The position numbers were made by a program, and so were the translations under genes. From NCBI GenBank assembly GCA_964650515.1, contig CAZYUB010000004.1:69541-133540 (forward strand): DNA of 64,000 bases. The letters run 5' to 3'. How positions within the stretch are numbered: the stretch's first letter is position 1; the number at the start of each line of letters is the position of its first letter. This DNA comes from an uncultured Planctomycetia bacterium (GTDB lineage: Bacteria; Omnitrophota; Gorgyraeia; Pluralincolimonadales; Pluralincolimonadaceae). Under the pieces are notes generated by a model. That model saw only the letters and a list, made by a program, of their open reading frames with translations. It ran no database searches and was not told the DNA's origin. Of the stretch, positions 46,770 to 56,484 are shown piece by piece.

Positions 46770-47867
46770 ATGGACTCCGGCGAAAACAGGAAGACCCCTC
46801 TCTACGAGGCCCATAAGGGCCTCGGCGCGAAAATTGTCTCTTTCCACGGTTGGCTTCTGCCGATACAGTATACGAGCATAATAGAAGAGCATAACGCCAC
46901 GCGCACCAAGGCGGGCCTTTTCGATATATCCCATCTCGGCAAGCTCGAGGTATCGGGCAAGGCCGCGAAACCATTCCTTCAGAAGATATTCACTAACAAT
47001 ATAGATAAGGCTGCTCCCGGCAGGATCGTCTATTCCCCGTTCTGCAACGACCGCGGGGGGATACTCGACGACGTCTTTATTTATTGCGCCGGCGGCGACA
47101 GGTATATACTGATAGTAAACGCTTCTACCTTCGAGAAGGACCTCGCGTGGTTTAATTCGCGCAACAGCGCGGGGGCCTCAATAAAGGATATCAATGACTC
47201 CCTCGGCGGCATAGCTTTGCAGGGCCCCGCGTCGGAGAATATCCTGCAGGGCCTGTGCGATACGGGCCTTGCGGCCTTAAAGCACCGCAGTTTTGTCGAG
47301 ACGAAAGTGTGCGGCCATTACGCGCTGCTTTCGAGGACCGGCTATACCGGCGAAGACGGGTTCGAGATGTTTATACCGGCCGGGAAGTCCGTAGAGGTCT
47401 GGAACGCTATCTTATCGGCCGGTAAGGCGTATGGCCTTATACCAGCGGGCCTCGGGTCGAGGGATACGCTGCGCCTCGAGGCGGGATGCCCGTTATACGG
47501 CACCGATACCGACGAGACGAAAACACCCCTCGAGACGGGCCTGATGTGGGCGGTGGATATGGGCAAGGATTTCATAGGCAAGGCCGCGATAGCGGAACGC
47601 TCCGCGGCGGGGGCGAAAGAACGCCTCGCGGCGTTCGAGATGCTCGACAGGGCCATACCGCGCACCGGTTATGCGGTAGAGAAAGGCGGCTCGGCCATAG
47701 GGACGGTAACGAGCGGTTCCTATTCGCCGACGCTTAATAAGAACATAGGTTTCGCGTATATCACGCCCGGCAACGCGGCGGTCGGCAACGCGATTGATAT
47801 AGTCGTGCATTCGGAGAGGAAGAAGGCCGTTGTCGTGAAGGCCCCATTTTATAGGAGAAAAAAATAA
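46770..47867 (+). CDS. gcvT: Glycine cleavage system T protein (aminomethyltransferase)
   Basis: TPLYEAHKGLGAKIVSFHGWLLPIQY and GLFDISHLGKLEV. Confidence 0.9.
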   Translation: MDSGENRKTPLYEAHKGLGAKIVSFHGWLLPIQYTSIIEEHNATRTKAGLFDISHLGKLEVSGKAAKPFLQKIFTNNIDKAAPGRIVYSPFCNDRGGILDDVFIYCAGGDRYILIVNASTFEKDLAWFNSRNSAGASIKDINDSLGGIALQGPASENILQGLCDTGLAALKHRSFVETKVCGHYALLSRTGYTGEDGFEMFIPAGKSVEVWNAILSAGKAYGLIPAGLGSRDTLRLEAGCPLYGTDTDETKTPLETGLMWAVDMGKDFIGKAAIAERSAAGAKERLAAFEMLDRAIPRTGYAVEKGGSAIGTVTSGSYSPTLNKNIGFAYITPGNAAVGNAIDIVVHSERKKAVVVKAPFYRRKK

Positions 47868-48256
47868 TGGCTGACGTTGAAAAATTGCTTTTCGCGAAGA
47901 CGCATGAATGGCTCAGGATAGAAGGGAACACGGGATATGTCGGGATATCGGACCACGCTCAGAAAGAGATAACCGATGTCGTGTTCGTCGAACTCCCGAA
48001 GATCGGCAAGGAAGTCGCGAAAGATGGCGAAGCCGCCGTCGTCGAATCGGTAAAGGCGGCGTTCTCTATATACGCGCCGGTATCCGGCAAGGTCGTCAAG
48101 GCGAACAGCGCGGTGGAGAAGGACCCGTCGATCGTGAACAAGTCGCCATACGACGACGGTTGGTTCTTCGCGATAGAGCTAAAAGACGCCAAAGAGGCGG
48201 ATACGCTGATGTCTTTTAAGGATTACGAGGAATTCATAAAGAGCGGAGCGCACTGA
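47867..48256 (+). CDS. gcvH: Glycine cleavage system H protein
   Basis: The lipoyl-lysine motif ESVKAAFSIYAPVSG is present, with typical length. Confidence 0.9.
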   Translation: MADVEKLLFAKTHEWLRIEGNTGYVGISDHAQKEITDVVFVELPKIGKEVAKDGEAAVVESVKAAFSIYAPVSGKVVKANSAVEKDPSIVNKSPYDDGWFFAIELKDAKEADTLMSFKDYEEFIKSGAH

Positions 48257-48257
48257 T

Positions 48258-49592
48258 TTGAAATATTCGCCGCATACCGATAAGGACAGGAAAGAGATGC
48301 TCGCCGCGATCGGCGTATCTTCCGCCGAAGAGCTCTTCGGGGCGATACCGGAAGGGCTGCGCGCGAAAAAACTCGACCTGCCGGAAGGCATATCCGAGCT
48401 CGAGCTGAAAAAGGCGATCCATGACAAGGCCGACAAGAACTATTCAACGAACAAACTGATATCCTTCCTCGGCGGCGGCGCTTACGAGCACCATATACCG
48501 CAGGTCGTCGAGAGCATGATATCGCGCGGGGAGTTCCTCACGGCTTATACCCCCTACCAGGCGGAAGCAAGCCAGGGCACGCTGCAGGCGATCTACGAGT
48601 ACCAGAGCCTGATATGCGAACTGACCGGGATGGACGCGGCGAACGCCTCTATGTACGACGGAGCGTCGGCACTCGCGGAAGCCGTCCTGTTGGCCGTAAG
48701 GGAGACGGGAAGGGCCCGCGTGATATTTTCCGAGTCGCTCCATCCGGAATACAGGCAGGTCGTCAGGACCTACCTTGAGGGTTATAAGATAGAATTTATT
48801 GAGATCCCGCACAAGGCAGGCGTCTATGACGAAGCCCTGCTGAAGAAAGAAACGGATGACAACACGGCGTGCGTCATCGTCCAGAACCCAAACTTCTTCG
48901 GTTTCATAGAAAAGGCCGGCAACATAGAAGCGGTCTGCCACGCGAAGGGCGCGCTGCTTATCGCGTGCGTCAACCCGCTCTCGCTCGGGCTGCTGAAGCC
49001 CCCCGGCGAGTACAACGCCGATATAGCGGTCGGGGAAGGCCAGCCGCTCGGGATACCGATGTGTTACGGGGGCCCGTACCTCGGCTTCTTCGCCGTAAAG
49101 GAAAAACATATGCGCAGGATGCCCGGAAGGGTCGCCGGCATGACGAAGGATGCCGACGGGAACCGCGGTTTCGTGCTGACCATGCAGGCGCGCGAACAGC
49201 ATATCCGCCGCGAGAAGGCGACATCGAACATATGCTCGAACGAAGGGCTCATGGCGCTGGCGGCGTGCGTTTACCTTTCGTCGATGGGCAGGGACGGCAT
49301 CAGGGAAGTCGCGCGTCAGAACGTCCTGAAGAGCCGTTATATGAAAGACAGGATATTGAAATTGAGCGGTTTCGAGCTTTTCTCCGATGCGCCGTTCTTC
49401 AACGAATTTGTGGTCAGGTGCGGAAAGGACCCCGAGAAGATCATAGCGGACCTGCTCAAGCACGGCATAATGGGCGGCATTCCGCTCGGCAGGTTCTACG
49501 CCGGGATGAAGAATTGCATGTCTATCTGCGTGACGGAAACGAAATCAAAGGAAGATATGGACAGGTTCGCCGAAGTCCTGGGTAAGCATTGA
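48258..49592 (+). CDS. gcvPA: Glycine dehydrogenase (decarboxylating) subunit 1
   Basis: TTG start. FLGGGAYEHHIP and TAYTPYQAEASQG. Confidence 0.9.
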   Translation: MKYSPHTDKDRKEMLAAIGVSSAEELFGAIPEGLRAKKLDLPEGISELELKKAIHDKADKNYSTNKLISFLGGGAYEHHIPQVVESMISRGEFLTAYTPYQAEASQGTLQAIYEYQSLICELTGMDAANASMYDGASALAEAVLLAVRETGRARVIFSESLHPEYRQVVRTYLEGYKIEFIEIPHKAGVYDEALLKKETDDNTACVIVQNPNFFGFIEKAGNIEAVCHAKGALLIACVNPLSLGLLKPPGEYNADIAVGEGQPLGIPMCYGGPYLGFFAVKEKHMRRMPGRVAGMTKDADGNRGFVLTMQAREQHIRREKATSNICSNEGLMALAACVYLSSMGRDGIREVARQNVLKSRYMKDRILKLSGFELFSDAPFFNEFVVRCGKDPEKIIADLLKHGIMGGIPLGRFYAGMKNCMSICVTETKSKEDMDRFAEVLGKH

Positions 49593-49609
49593 GAACACCT
49601 GAGGCGTTG

Positions 49610-51064
49610 ATGGAAAAACTTATTTTTGAGGTAAGCTCCGCGGGCAGGAAGGGCTATTCCCTGCCGAAGCTCGACGTCCCGGACGCCGAGATCAAATCGC
49701 TTATCCCGCAGGATATGCTGCGCGGGCCCGAAGCGGCGCTCCCGGAGGTCAGCGAGCTCGATTGTGTCCGCCATTTCACGCGGCTGTCCCAGCTGAACTA
49801 TTCGGTCGATACGAATTTCTACCCGCTCGGCTCCTGCACGATGAAATATAACCCGAAGGTCAACGAGAAGATGGCTTCCCTGCCGCAGTTCACCGGCCTG
49901 CACCCTTACCAGCCCGAATCGAGCGTCCAGGGCATGCTCGAAATTCTATACGAGACGGAGCAGATGCTCTGCAAGATCTGCGGGATGGACGCTTTTACGC
50001 TGCAGCCGGCCGCGGGCGCGCACGGCGAGCTCACGGGAATGCTCATAGTCCGCGCGTACCACACGTCAAAAGGGAACCCGCGCAGGAAGGTCCTTATACC
50101 CGATTCGGCCCACGGGACGAATCCCGCGAGCGCCGCGTTATGCGGTTACGAGGTCGTCACGGTCAAGTCCGATAAGAACGGCAGGGTGGACCTCGACGCG
50201 CTGAAGGCCGCCGTCGACGCGGATACGGCCGTAATGATGCTGACCAACCCTAATACGCTCGGCCTTTTCGAGAATAACGTGAAACAGATAGCCGATATGG
50301 TCCATAAGGCGGGAGCGCTGTTGTACCTTGACGGCGCGAACATGAACGCGCTCGTCGGGATCGCGAGGCCCGGCGACATGGGTTTCGACATATGCCATGT
50401 GAACCTGCACAAGACATTTTCAACCCCGCACGGCGGAGGCGGCCCTGGGTCCGGCCCCGTCGGGGTCACCGCAACGCTGGCGGATTATCTTCCCGTGCCG
50501 CGCGTTAAATTAAAGAGGAACAAATATATCCTCGACGCGGAATCGAAGAAGTCGATCGGAAAGGTCCGCGCGTTCTACGGCAATACGGGGATAATAATAA
50601 GGGCGTACTGCTATATGAGATCGCTCGGGTGCGACGGGCTCAAGGACGCGACCGTGGAAGCGGTCCTCAACGCCAATTACCTGAAGGCGAAGCTCAAGGG
50701 CTATTACACGCTCGCGGTCGACGGCGAACCGTGCATGCATGAGTTCGTGCTTACGGGCAAGGACAAGAAGGCCTTTGGGGTAAAGACGCTCGATATCGCG
50801 AAGCGCCTGCTTGATTACGGATTCTATGCCCCGACGGTATATTTTCCGCTGATAGTGGAAGAAGCGATAATGATCGAGCCGACCGAGACAGAATCCAAGG
50901 ATACGCTCGACTCATTCGCCGGGACGATGATCAAGGTCGCCGGCGAGGCGGCATCCGAGCCGGCATTGCTGACGTCCGCGCCGCACACGACGCCTGTACG
51001 CAGGCTCGACGAGGTGTTCGCGGCAAGGGAGCTCAACCTCAGATGGAAAAGGCCTGGCGCCTGA
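49610..51064 (+). CDS. gcvPB: Glycine dehydrogenase (decarboxylating) subunit 2
   Basis: YPLGSCTMKYNP and the PLP-lysine region (NLHKTFSTPHGGGGPG). Confidence 0.9.
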   Translation: MEKLIFEVSSAGRKGYSLPKLDVPDAEIKSLIPQDMLRGPEAALPEVSELDCVRHFTRLSQLNYSVDTNFYPLGSCTMKYNPKVNEKMASLPQFTGLHPYQPESSVQGMLEILYETEQMLCKICGMDAFTLQPAAGAHGELTGMLIVRAYHTSKGNPRRKVLIPDSAHGTNPASAALCGYEVVTVKSDKNGRVDLDALKAAVDADTAVMMLTNPNTLGLFENNVKQIADMVHKAGALLYLDGANMNALVGIARPGDMGFDICHVNLHKTFSTPHGGGGPGSGPVGVTATLADYLPVPRVKLKRNKYILDAESKKSIGKVRAFYGNTGIIIRAYCYMRSLGCDGLKDATVEAVLNANYLKAKLKGYYTLAVDGEPCMHEFVLTGKDKKAFGVKTLDIAKRLLDYGFYAPTVYFPLIVEEAIMIEPTETESKDTLDSFAGTMIKVAGEAASEPALLTSAPHTTPVRRLDEVFAARELNLRWKRPGA

Positions 51065-51726
51065 TAATCGACGGCGCGCGCGAGCCCGCCATGAACATGG
51101 CCATAGACGAAGCTATGATGGCAAAAGTGGCCGACGGCAGCTCGACGCCGGCCCTGCGCATATACAAATGGCTCAACCCGTGCGTGTCGGTTGGGAAGTT
51201 CCAGCGCTATGAAGCGGCACCCGGCACCGAGGTCGTAAGGCGCCCGACAGGCGGCGGCTCGGTCCCGCACGGGGCCGGAGGGATGACGTATTCGCTCGTA
51301 TACCGCGAAGGATCACAAGGGATCCTGAAGGGCGCCGCGGCTTCCTACAGGCAGATACACGGCTGCGTAGCCGGGGCGCTAAGGTCGCTGGGGCTCGACG
51401 CCCTGCTCTTGAGCCCGGAGAGCGCGCAGGCAAAGCCGTTCGGGGAGTGTTTTTCATCCCCTGTTTCCGCGGACGTTATCATCGGCGGCAGGAAGGTCGC
51501 CGGGGCGGCCCAGAGGAGGAAGAACGGGGCGGTCCTGCACCAGGGCGAAGTCAGTTTAGACCTTGACGTTTCCGGCAAATGGTCGTATAATGACGTTCAA
51601 ACCGCATTCATAAACTGCCTATCCGAACAGCTGGATTTGAGGTTCCTGGAAACCCGGGTCTCTGAAGAAGAGGAAAATCTGGCGAAGGAACTGGTTATGG
51701 TGCGCAACGAGGAGGTGACAAAATGA
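51043..51726 (+). CDS. Lipoate-protein ligase / octanoyltransferase (LplA-LipM family catalytic domain)
   Basis: RRPTGGGSVPHG and the later GRKVAGAAQRR are BPL_LplA_LipB signatures. Overlaps the gcvPB end by 22 nt; an alternative start is Met 17. Confidence 0.75.
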   Translation: MEKAWRLIIDGAREPAMNMAIDEAMMAKVADGSSTPALRIYKWLNPCVSVGKFQRYEAAPGTEVVRRPTGGGSVPHGAGGMTYSLVYREGSQGILKGAAASYRQIHGCVAGALRSLGLDALLLSPESAQAKPFGECFSSPVSADVIIGGRKVAGAAQRRKNGAVLHQGEVSLDLDVSGKWSYNDVQTAFINCLSEQLDLRFLETRVSEEEENLAKELVMVRNEEVTK

Positions 51727-51908
51727 AGGCCAAGGTAGACCCGAATCTTTGCACAGGCTGCGAATTGTGCACTAACATATGCCCGGACGTCTTCGAGATG
51801 AAAGGGGATGTCGCCGTGGCAAAGGTCAGCCCGGTTCCCGCGGCTGCGGAAGCTACGTGCAAGGAAGCCAAGGAAAGCTGCCCCGTAGAAGCGATATCCA
51901 TAGAATAA
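51723..51908 (+). CDS. Small 4Fe-4S ferredoxin
   Basis: CTGCELCTNICP plus a distal C...CP, all in 61 aa. ATGA overlap with the lipoate ligase. Confidence 0.65.
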   Translation: MKAKVDPNLCTGCELCTNICPDVFEMKGDVAVAKVSPVPAAAEATCKEAKESCPVEAISIE

Positions 51909-51930
51909 CGGATAAAAAAGGAGCAATGTA

Positions 51931-52293
51931 ATGAAAAAGCTGGCGTTAGTGTTGTTAGTCGCGTTCGTAGCATCGATGATAGCCGCAAACGTTTTTGCCG
52001 CCGAGCAGCAGGAGAGCGGTTTCGTGAAGTTCTGGCGCGGAGTGTTCCAGTGGCCGTTCAATGCCGCCAAGGACAGCGCGCAGGTGGTCGGTGATACGGG
52101 CGTAAAGGCCGTAGGCACGGTCGCGGATGAAGGCAAGGCGCTAGGCGGGACATTGACGGGCGAAGAAGGTTCCGCTGAAAAGCTCGTTACGAATCCCGTT
52201 ACCGGCACGGCGGACACGATAAAGACCGGCGTAGTAGGCACAGGCGAAATGCCCGGCAAAGCCACGGATGAATCCTGGCCGTCCAACAAGTAA
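51931..52293 (+). CDS. Small secreted Gly/Thr-rich hypothetical protein
   Basis: Signal peptide (MKKLALVLLVAFVASMIAANVFA). There is no recognisable domain. A terminator lies downstream. Confidence 0.4.
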   Translation: MKKLALVLLVAFVASMIAANVFAAEQQESGFVKFWRGVFQWPFNAAKDSAQVVGDTGVKAVGTVADEGKALGGTLTGEEGSAEKLVTNPVTGTADTIKTGVVGTGEMPGKATDESWPSNK

Positions 52294-52326
52294 TATCGAT
52301 ATCCAAACGCAATAAAACAAAGATAA

Positions 52327-52360
52327 AAAAGCCCGGGGCCTTCAACGATCCCGGGCTTTA
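52327..52360 (+). terminator. Rho-independent-like terminator
   Basis: AAAAGCCCGG...CCGGGCTTT hairpin. Confidence 0.55.
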
Positions 52361-52378
52361 CCTCTAATCCGACAATAT

Positions 52379-53632
52379 ATGGGAAAGACAATATCGGAAA
52401 AGATCCTTTCCGGGCATTCGGGAAGGGAATTGAAAGCGGATGATTTCGCGATCGTAAAGGTCGACCTCTGCCTGTTACAGGACGGCACGGGCCCGCTCGC
52501 GGTAAGGCAGCTCGAGCAGCTCGGGATAAAGGAGGTCGTGAACCCGCAGGGCATCGCGGTATTCCTCGACCACGCGGCGCCTTCCCCGAGGAAAGAGCTC
52601 TCGAACGACCATATTACGCTGAGGAATTTCGCCCGCAGGACGGGATGCTACCTTTTTGAGGTCGGAGAGGGAGTCTGCCACCAGATAATGAGCGAGATGT
52701 TCACCTCGCCGGGAGATGTCCTCGTCGGGGCGGATTCGCATACTTGCACAGGGGGCGCCTTGGGAGCTTTCGCGACAGGCATGGGCTCTACCGACGTCGC
52801 TGTCGCGATGGGGCTCGGCAAGACATGGTTTCGCGTGCCGCGCACTATCAAGGTGGTCGTAAACGGCAAGTTCCGCCCGGGGGTATTCGCAAAAGATTTC
52901 ATGTTATTCCTTATAGGCACGCTCGGCGCCGAAGGCGCGACGTATAAGGCCCTTGAGTTCACCGGCGAGGCGATGGAATCACTTCCCATGCCGGAGCGCC
53001 TCGTCATATCGAATATGGCGGTGGAAGCCGGGGCGAAGGCCGGCATATTCGCTTCGGACAAGATGACGAAGGCGTACCTGAAACAGCACGGCAGGGAGGA
53101 CAAGTACAGGGAGCTCCGTTCCGACAAGGACGCCAAGTACGATAAGGAAATAGATATTGAAGTGGATAAGCTTGCCCCTATGGTCTCGATGCCGCATACC
53201 GTGGATAACACGAAGCCGGTCGATAAGGCCGGGAAGGTCAAGGTCCACCAGGTATTCATCGGGTCATGCACGAACGGCAGGATAGAGGACCTGAGGGTCG
53301 TAGCGGATATATGGAAGGGCAAGAAGCGCGACACGGATACACGCGTCATAATAACTCCGGCGTCGAAGGACGTATACATGCTCGCGGTCAAGGAAGGGCT
53401 CATCGAGACGTTCGTGGATTTCGGGGCGACCGTCACGACCCCCGGCTGCGGCGCGTGCGTGGGCGTGCACGGGGGTATACTCGGGGACGGCGAGAACTGT
53501 GTCTCGACATCCAACAGGAATTTCCTCGGCAGGATGGGCAACCCGAAGGGCTTCGTCTACCTGGCATCACCGGCTACGGCGGCCGCCTCGGCGATCAAGG
53601 GCGAGCTGGCCGACCCAAGGGAGTACTTCTGA
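52379..53632 (+). CDS. leuC: LeuC-type aconitase-superfamily hydro-lyase large subunit (3-isopropylmalate/homoaconitate/citramalate dehydratase-like, archaeal type)
   Basis: MGKTISEKIL..., LLQDGTG, GADSHTCTGGALGAFATGMGSTD, and GSCTNGR as a cluster ligand region. Confidence 0.8.
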   Translation: MGKTISEKILSGHSGRELKADDFAIVKVDLCLLQDGTGPLAVRQLEQLGIKEVVNPQGIAVFLDHAAPSPRKELSNDHITLRNFARRTGCYLFEVGEGVCHQIMSEMFTSPGDVLVGADSHTCTGGALGAFATGMGSTDVAVAMGLGKTWFRVPRTIKVVVNGKFRPGVFAKDFMLFLIGTLGAEGATYKALEFTGEAMESLPMPERLVISNMAVEAGAKAGIFASDKMTKAYLKQHGREDKYRELRSDKDAKYDKEIDIEVDKLAPMVSMPHTVDNTKPVDKAGKVKVHQVFIGSCTNGRIEDLRVVADIWKGKKRDTDTRVIITPASKDVYMLAVKEGLIETFVDFGATVTTPGCGACVGVHGGILGDGENCVSTSNRNFLGRMGNPKGFVYLASPATAAASAIKGELADPREYF

Positions 53633-54132
53633 TGATATTACGCGGGAAGGCATGGAAATTCGGCAACGATATCTCGACGGACCTCATAGCGCCGGGAAGG
53701 TATTTCCACCTGCGCTCCGACCTCAACGAACTCGCGAAACACGTCCTCGAGGATGCTGATGCAGAGTTCGCGAAGAAGGTCGGCAAGGGCGATTTCGTCG
53801 TCGGCGGAAGGAATTTCGGCTTAGGGTCATCGAGGGAGCATGCGCCTACTATAATCAAGATAGCGGGAGTATCATGCGTCCTCGCGAAGTCGTTCGCGAG
53901 GATATTCTTCAGGAACGCGATAAACATCGGGCTGCCTGTTATAGAATGCGATACGGACAAGATCGCGGCGGGCGATGAGCTTGAGATAGACCTCGAGAAA
54001 GGCGTAATAAAGGACGTCACCAAAAAAACTGAGCTCAAGTTCGCCCCTATCCCGAAGGCGATGACGCAGATACTCGGCGACGGCGGGCTGGTCGAGCATA
54101 TAAAGAAGCACGGGGATTTCAAGATTGAATAG
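53632..54132 (+). CDS. leuD: LeuD-type hydro-lyase small subunit
   Basis: MILRGKAWKFGNDISTDLIAPGRY and FGLGSSREHAP. The start overlaps the leuC stop by 1 nt. Confidence 0.8.
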   Translation: MILRGKAWKFGNDISTDLIAPGRYFHLRSDLNELAKHVLEDADAEFAKKVGKGDFVVGGRNFGLGSSREHAPTIIKIAGVSCVLAKSFARIFFRNAINIGLPVIECDTDKIAAGDELEIDLEKGVIKDVTKKTELKFAPIPKAMTQILGDGGLVEHIKKHGDFKIE

Positions 54133-55066
54133 CATGAAGGTCGCGGTTATAGGGGCCGGGCAGGTGGGCGGGACGTGCGCGCAGAGGATAGTCGAGCGCA
54201 AGCTCGCCGATGTCTCCATAGTCGATATAGCCGACGGCCTCGCGAAAGGCAAGGCGCTCGACCTCGGCCAGGCGGGAGCGATAGAGGCGTATAATTTCAA
54301 GGTCGAGGGAAGCACCGACTATTCGATAATAAAGGGCGCTCGGGCGGTGATCGTGACGGCGGGGCTCGCGCGCAAGCCGGGCATGTCGCGGGAGGACCTG
54401 CTCGCGAAGAACGCGGCCATCGTAAAGGATATCGCGCAGAACATAAAGAAATACTGCCCGGATTCCATAATAATAATGGTCACGAACCCGCTCGACATAA
54501 TGACATACCTCGCGTGGAAAGTGTCGGGGTTCGACACGAAGAGGGTCTTCGGAATGGCCGGCGTCCTCGATACGGCAAGATTGAAATATTTCATGTCGCA
54601 GACGCTCGACGTCCTTCCGACGGAGATAGAGGCGATGGTCCTCGGCGGGCACGGGGATTCGATGGTCCCGTTGATCGGCCGCACGACCGTAAAGGGCAGG
54701 CCCATAAGCGAACTGCTTACACAGGAAGAGATAGGACTGCTGGTCCAGAGGACGCGCGACGGCGGGGCGGAGATAGTATCCCTTTTGAAGACCGGCAGCG
54801 CGTATTTCGCGCCTTCGAGCGCCGTATGCGACATGCTCGAGGCGGTCCTGAAGGACAGGCCGGAAGTCCTGCCGGCAAGCGTATATCTTGAAGGACAGTA
54901 CGGCATGAACGACATATACTGCGGCGTGCCCGCGAAGATAGGCGGGGACGGCGTAGAAGAAGTGATAGAGCTGCAGCTTTCTTCCGCCGAACAGGACGCG
55001 CTTAGGAGGTCGGCGGCGCAGGTAAGGGAAGGCATAGAATACCTCAAGAGATCCCGGGCGATATAA
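54125..55066 (+). CDS. mdh: Malate dehydrogenase (LDH/MDH family)
   Basis: MKVAVIGAGQVGGT Rossmann motif, catalytic MAGVLDTAR, and an LDH-like MDH architecture. An alternative start is Met 4 at 54134. Confidence 0.85.
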   Translation: MNSMKVAVIGAGQVGGTCAQRIVERKLADVSIVDIADGLAKGKALDLGQAGAIEAYNFKVEGSTDYSIIKGARAVIVTAGLARKPGMSREDLLAKNAAIVKDIAQNIKKYCPDSIIIMVTNPLDIMTYLAWKVSGFDTKRVFGMAGVLDTARLKYFMSQTLDVLPTEIEAMVLGGHGDSMVPLIGRTTVKGRPISELLTQEEIGLLVQRTRDGGAEIVSLLKTGSAYFAPSSAVCDMLEAVLKDRPEVLPASVYLEGQYGMNDIYCGVPAKIGGDGVEEVIELQLSSAEQDALRRSAAQVREGIEYLKRSRAI

Positions 55067-55082
55067 CCGAGAGGGACAAAAG

Positions 55083-56480
55083 ATGAGAATAGGCGAGATC
55101 AAATTCAATAAAAAGACGAATACCCTCGAAGAGGAGTATTACAGGTACGAACTGCAGGATATCGGCGAGCCGAACCTGTTCAGGGAGATCTATAATTATT
55201 CCGATGTCCCGAAAGTGGTCTTTAACCACAGGATCGTCCCGATGAACCCGCCGGACGATATCTGGATAACCGATACGACGTTCAGGGACGGGCAGCAGTC
55301 GCTTCCGCCGTTCACCGTGAAGCAGATAGTCGACCTCTACGACATGCTCCACAAGCTCGGCGGGCCGAGCGGGCTTATCCGCCAGTGCGAGTTCTTCCTG
55401 TATACGGACAAGGACAAGGAAGCCGTCCAGAAGTGCCTGGCTAAGGGCTATAAGTTTCCGCATATAACCGGATGGATAAGGCCGGTCAAGGAGGACTTCA
55501 AGCTCGTCAAGGAGATGGGCCTTAAAGAGACGGGCATACTTACGTCCGCATCGGATTACCATATCTTCCTGAAACTCAAGAAGTCCAGGAAACAGGCGAT
55601 GGACATGTACCTCGGCATAGTCAAGGCCGCCCTCGACATGGGCATAGTGCCGAGATGCCACCTCGAGGACATAACGCGCGCCGACTTCTACGGTTTCGTC
55701 GTGCCTTTCGTGCAGGAGCTCATGGAACTCTCGAAGGAAGCGAAGATACCGATAAAGATAAGGGCATGCGATACGATGGGCTACGGCGTGACATATCCCG
55801 GCGTCGCCCTGCCGCGGAGCGTCAAAGGCATCATATACGGCCTTGTAAACCTCGCGGAGGTCCCGCCCGAGCAGCTCGAGTGGCACGGCCATAACGATTT
55901 CCACCACGGGCTTATAAACGCGACGACATCATGGCTCTACGGCTGCTGCGCGGCAAACGGCGCGCTTCTCGGCATCGGCGAGAGGACCGGCAATACCCCT
56001 ATAGAAGCGCTCGTAATGGAGTACTTGGCGCTCAGGGGTGTCAAGGACGGGATAGATACGACCGTCATAACCGACATAGCCGAATACTTCGAGAAAGAGA
56101 TAGGATACGAGATACCGCACAACCAGCCGTTCGTCGGCAGGAGCTTCAACACGACGAGCGCCGGCATACACGCGGACGGCCTCATGAAAGACGAGGAGAT
56201 ATATAACGTCTTCAACACCGAGAAGATCCTCAAGAAGAAAGTCGCCGTCGCTATAAACGACAAGTCGGGCGTCGCGGGTATCGCCAAATGGCTGAACCTG
56301 AACCTCGGCCTCAAGAAAGAGGATGAGGTGGGCAAGGACAATCCCGGCGTCGCGAAGATAAAGGAATGGGTGGACTCTGAATTCGCGAAAGGCAGGACCA
56401 CGTCGATATCGAAACAGGAGATGGTGAGGAAAGCGAAGATGTACCTGCCTGACCTTTTTGGGAGCGACACGGAAGATTAG
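55083..56480 (+). CDS. DRE-TIM (HMGL-like) acyl-CoA:2-oxoacid condensing enzyme of the homocitrate/Re-citrate synthase family
   Basis: WITDTTFRDGQQS, HGHNDFHHG. A roughly 55-aa N-terminal extension and about 465 aa overall length resemble Re-citrate synthase/homocitrate synthase. Confidence 0.65.
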   Translation: MRIGEIKFNKKTNTLEEEYYRYELQDIGEPNLFREIYNYSDVPKVVFNHRIVPMNPPDDIWITDTTFRDGQQSLPPFTVKQIVDLYDMLHKLGGPSGLIRQCEFFLYTDKDKEAVQKCLAKGYKFPHITGWIRPVKEDFKLVKEMGLKETGILTSASDYHIFLKLKKSRKQAMDMYLGIVKAALDMGIVPRCHLEDITRADFYGFVVPFVQELMELSKEAKIPIKIRACDTMGYGVTYPGVALPRSVKGIIYGLVNLAEVPPEQLEWHGHNDFHHGLINATTSWLYGCCAANGALLGIGERTGNTPIEALVMEYLALRGVKDGIDTTVITDIAEYFEKEIGYEIPHNQPFVGRSFNTTSAGIHADGLMKDEEIYNVFNTEKILKKKVAVAINDKSGVAGIAKWLNLNLGLKKEDEVGKDNPGVAKIKEWVDSEFAKGRTTSISKQEMVRKAKMYLPDLFGSDTED

Positions 56481-56484
56481 CCTG

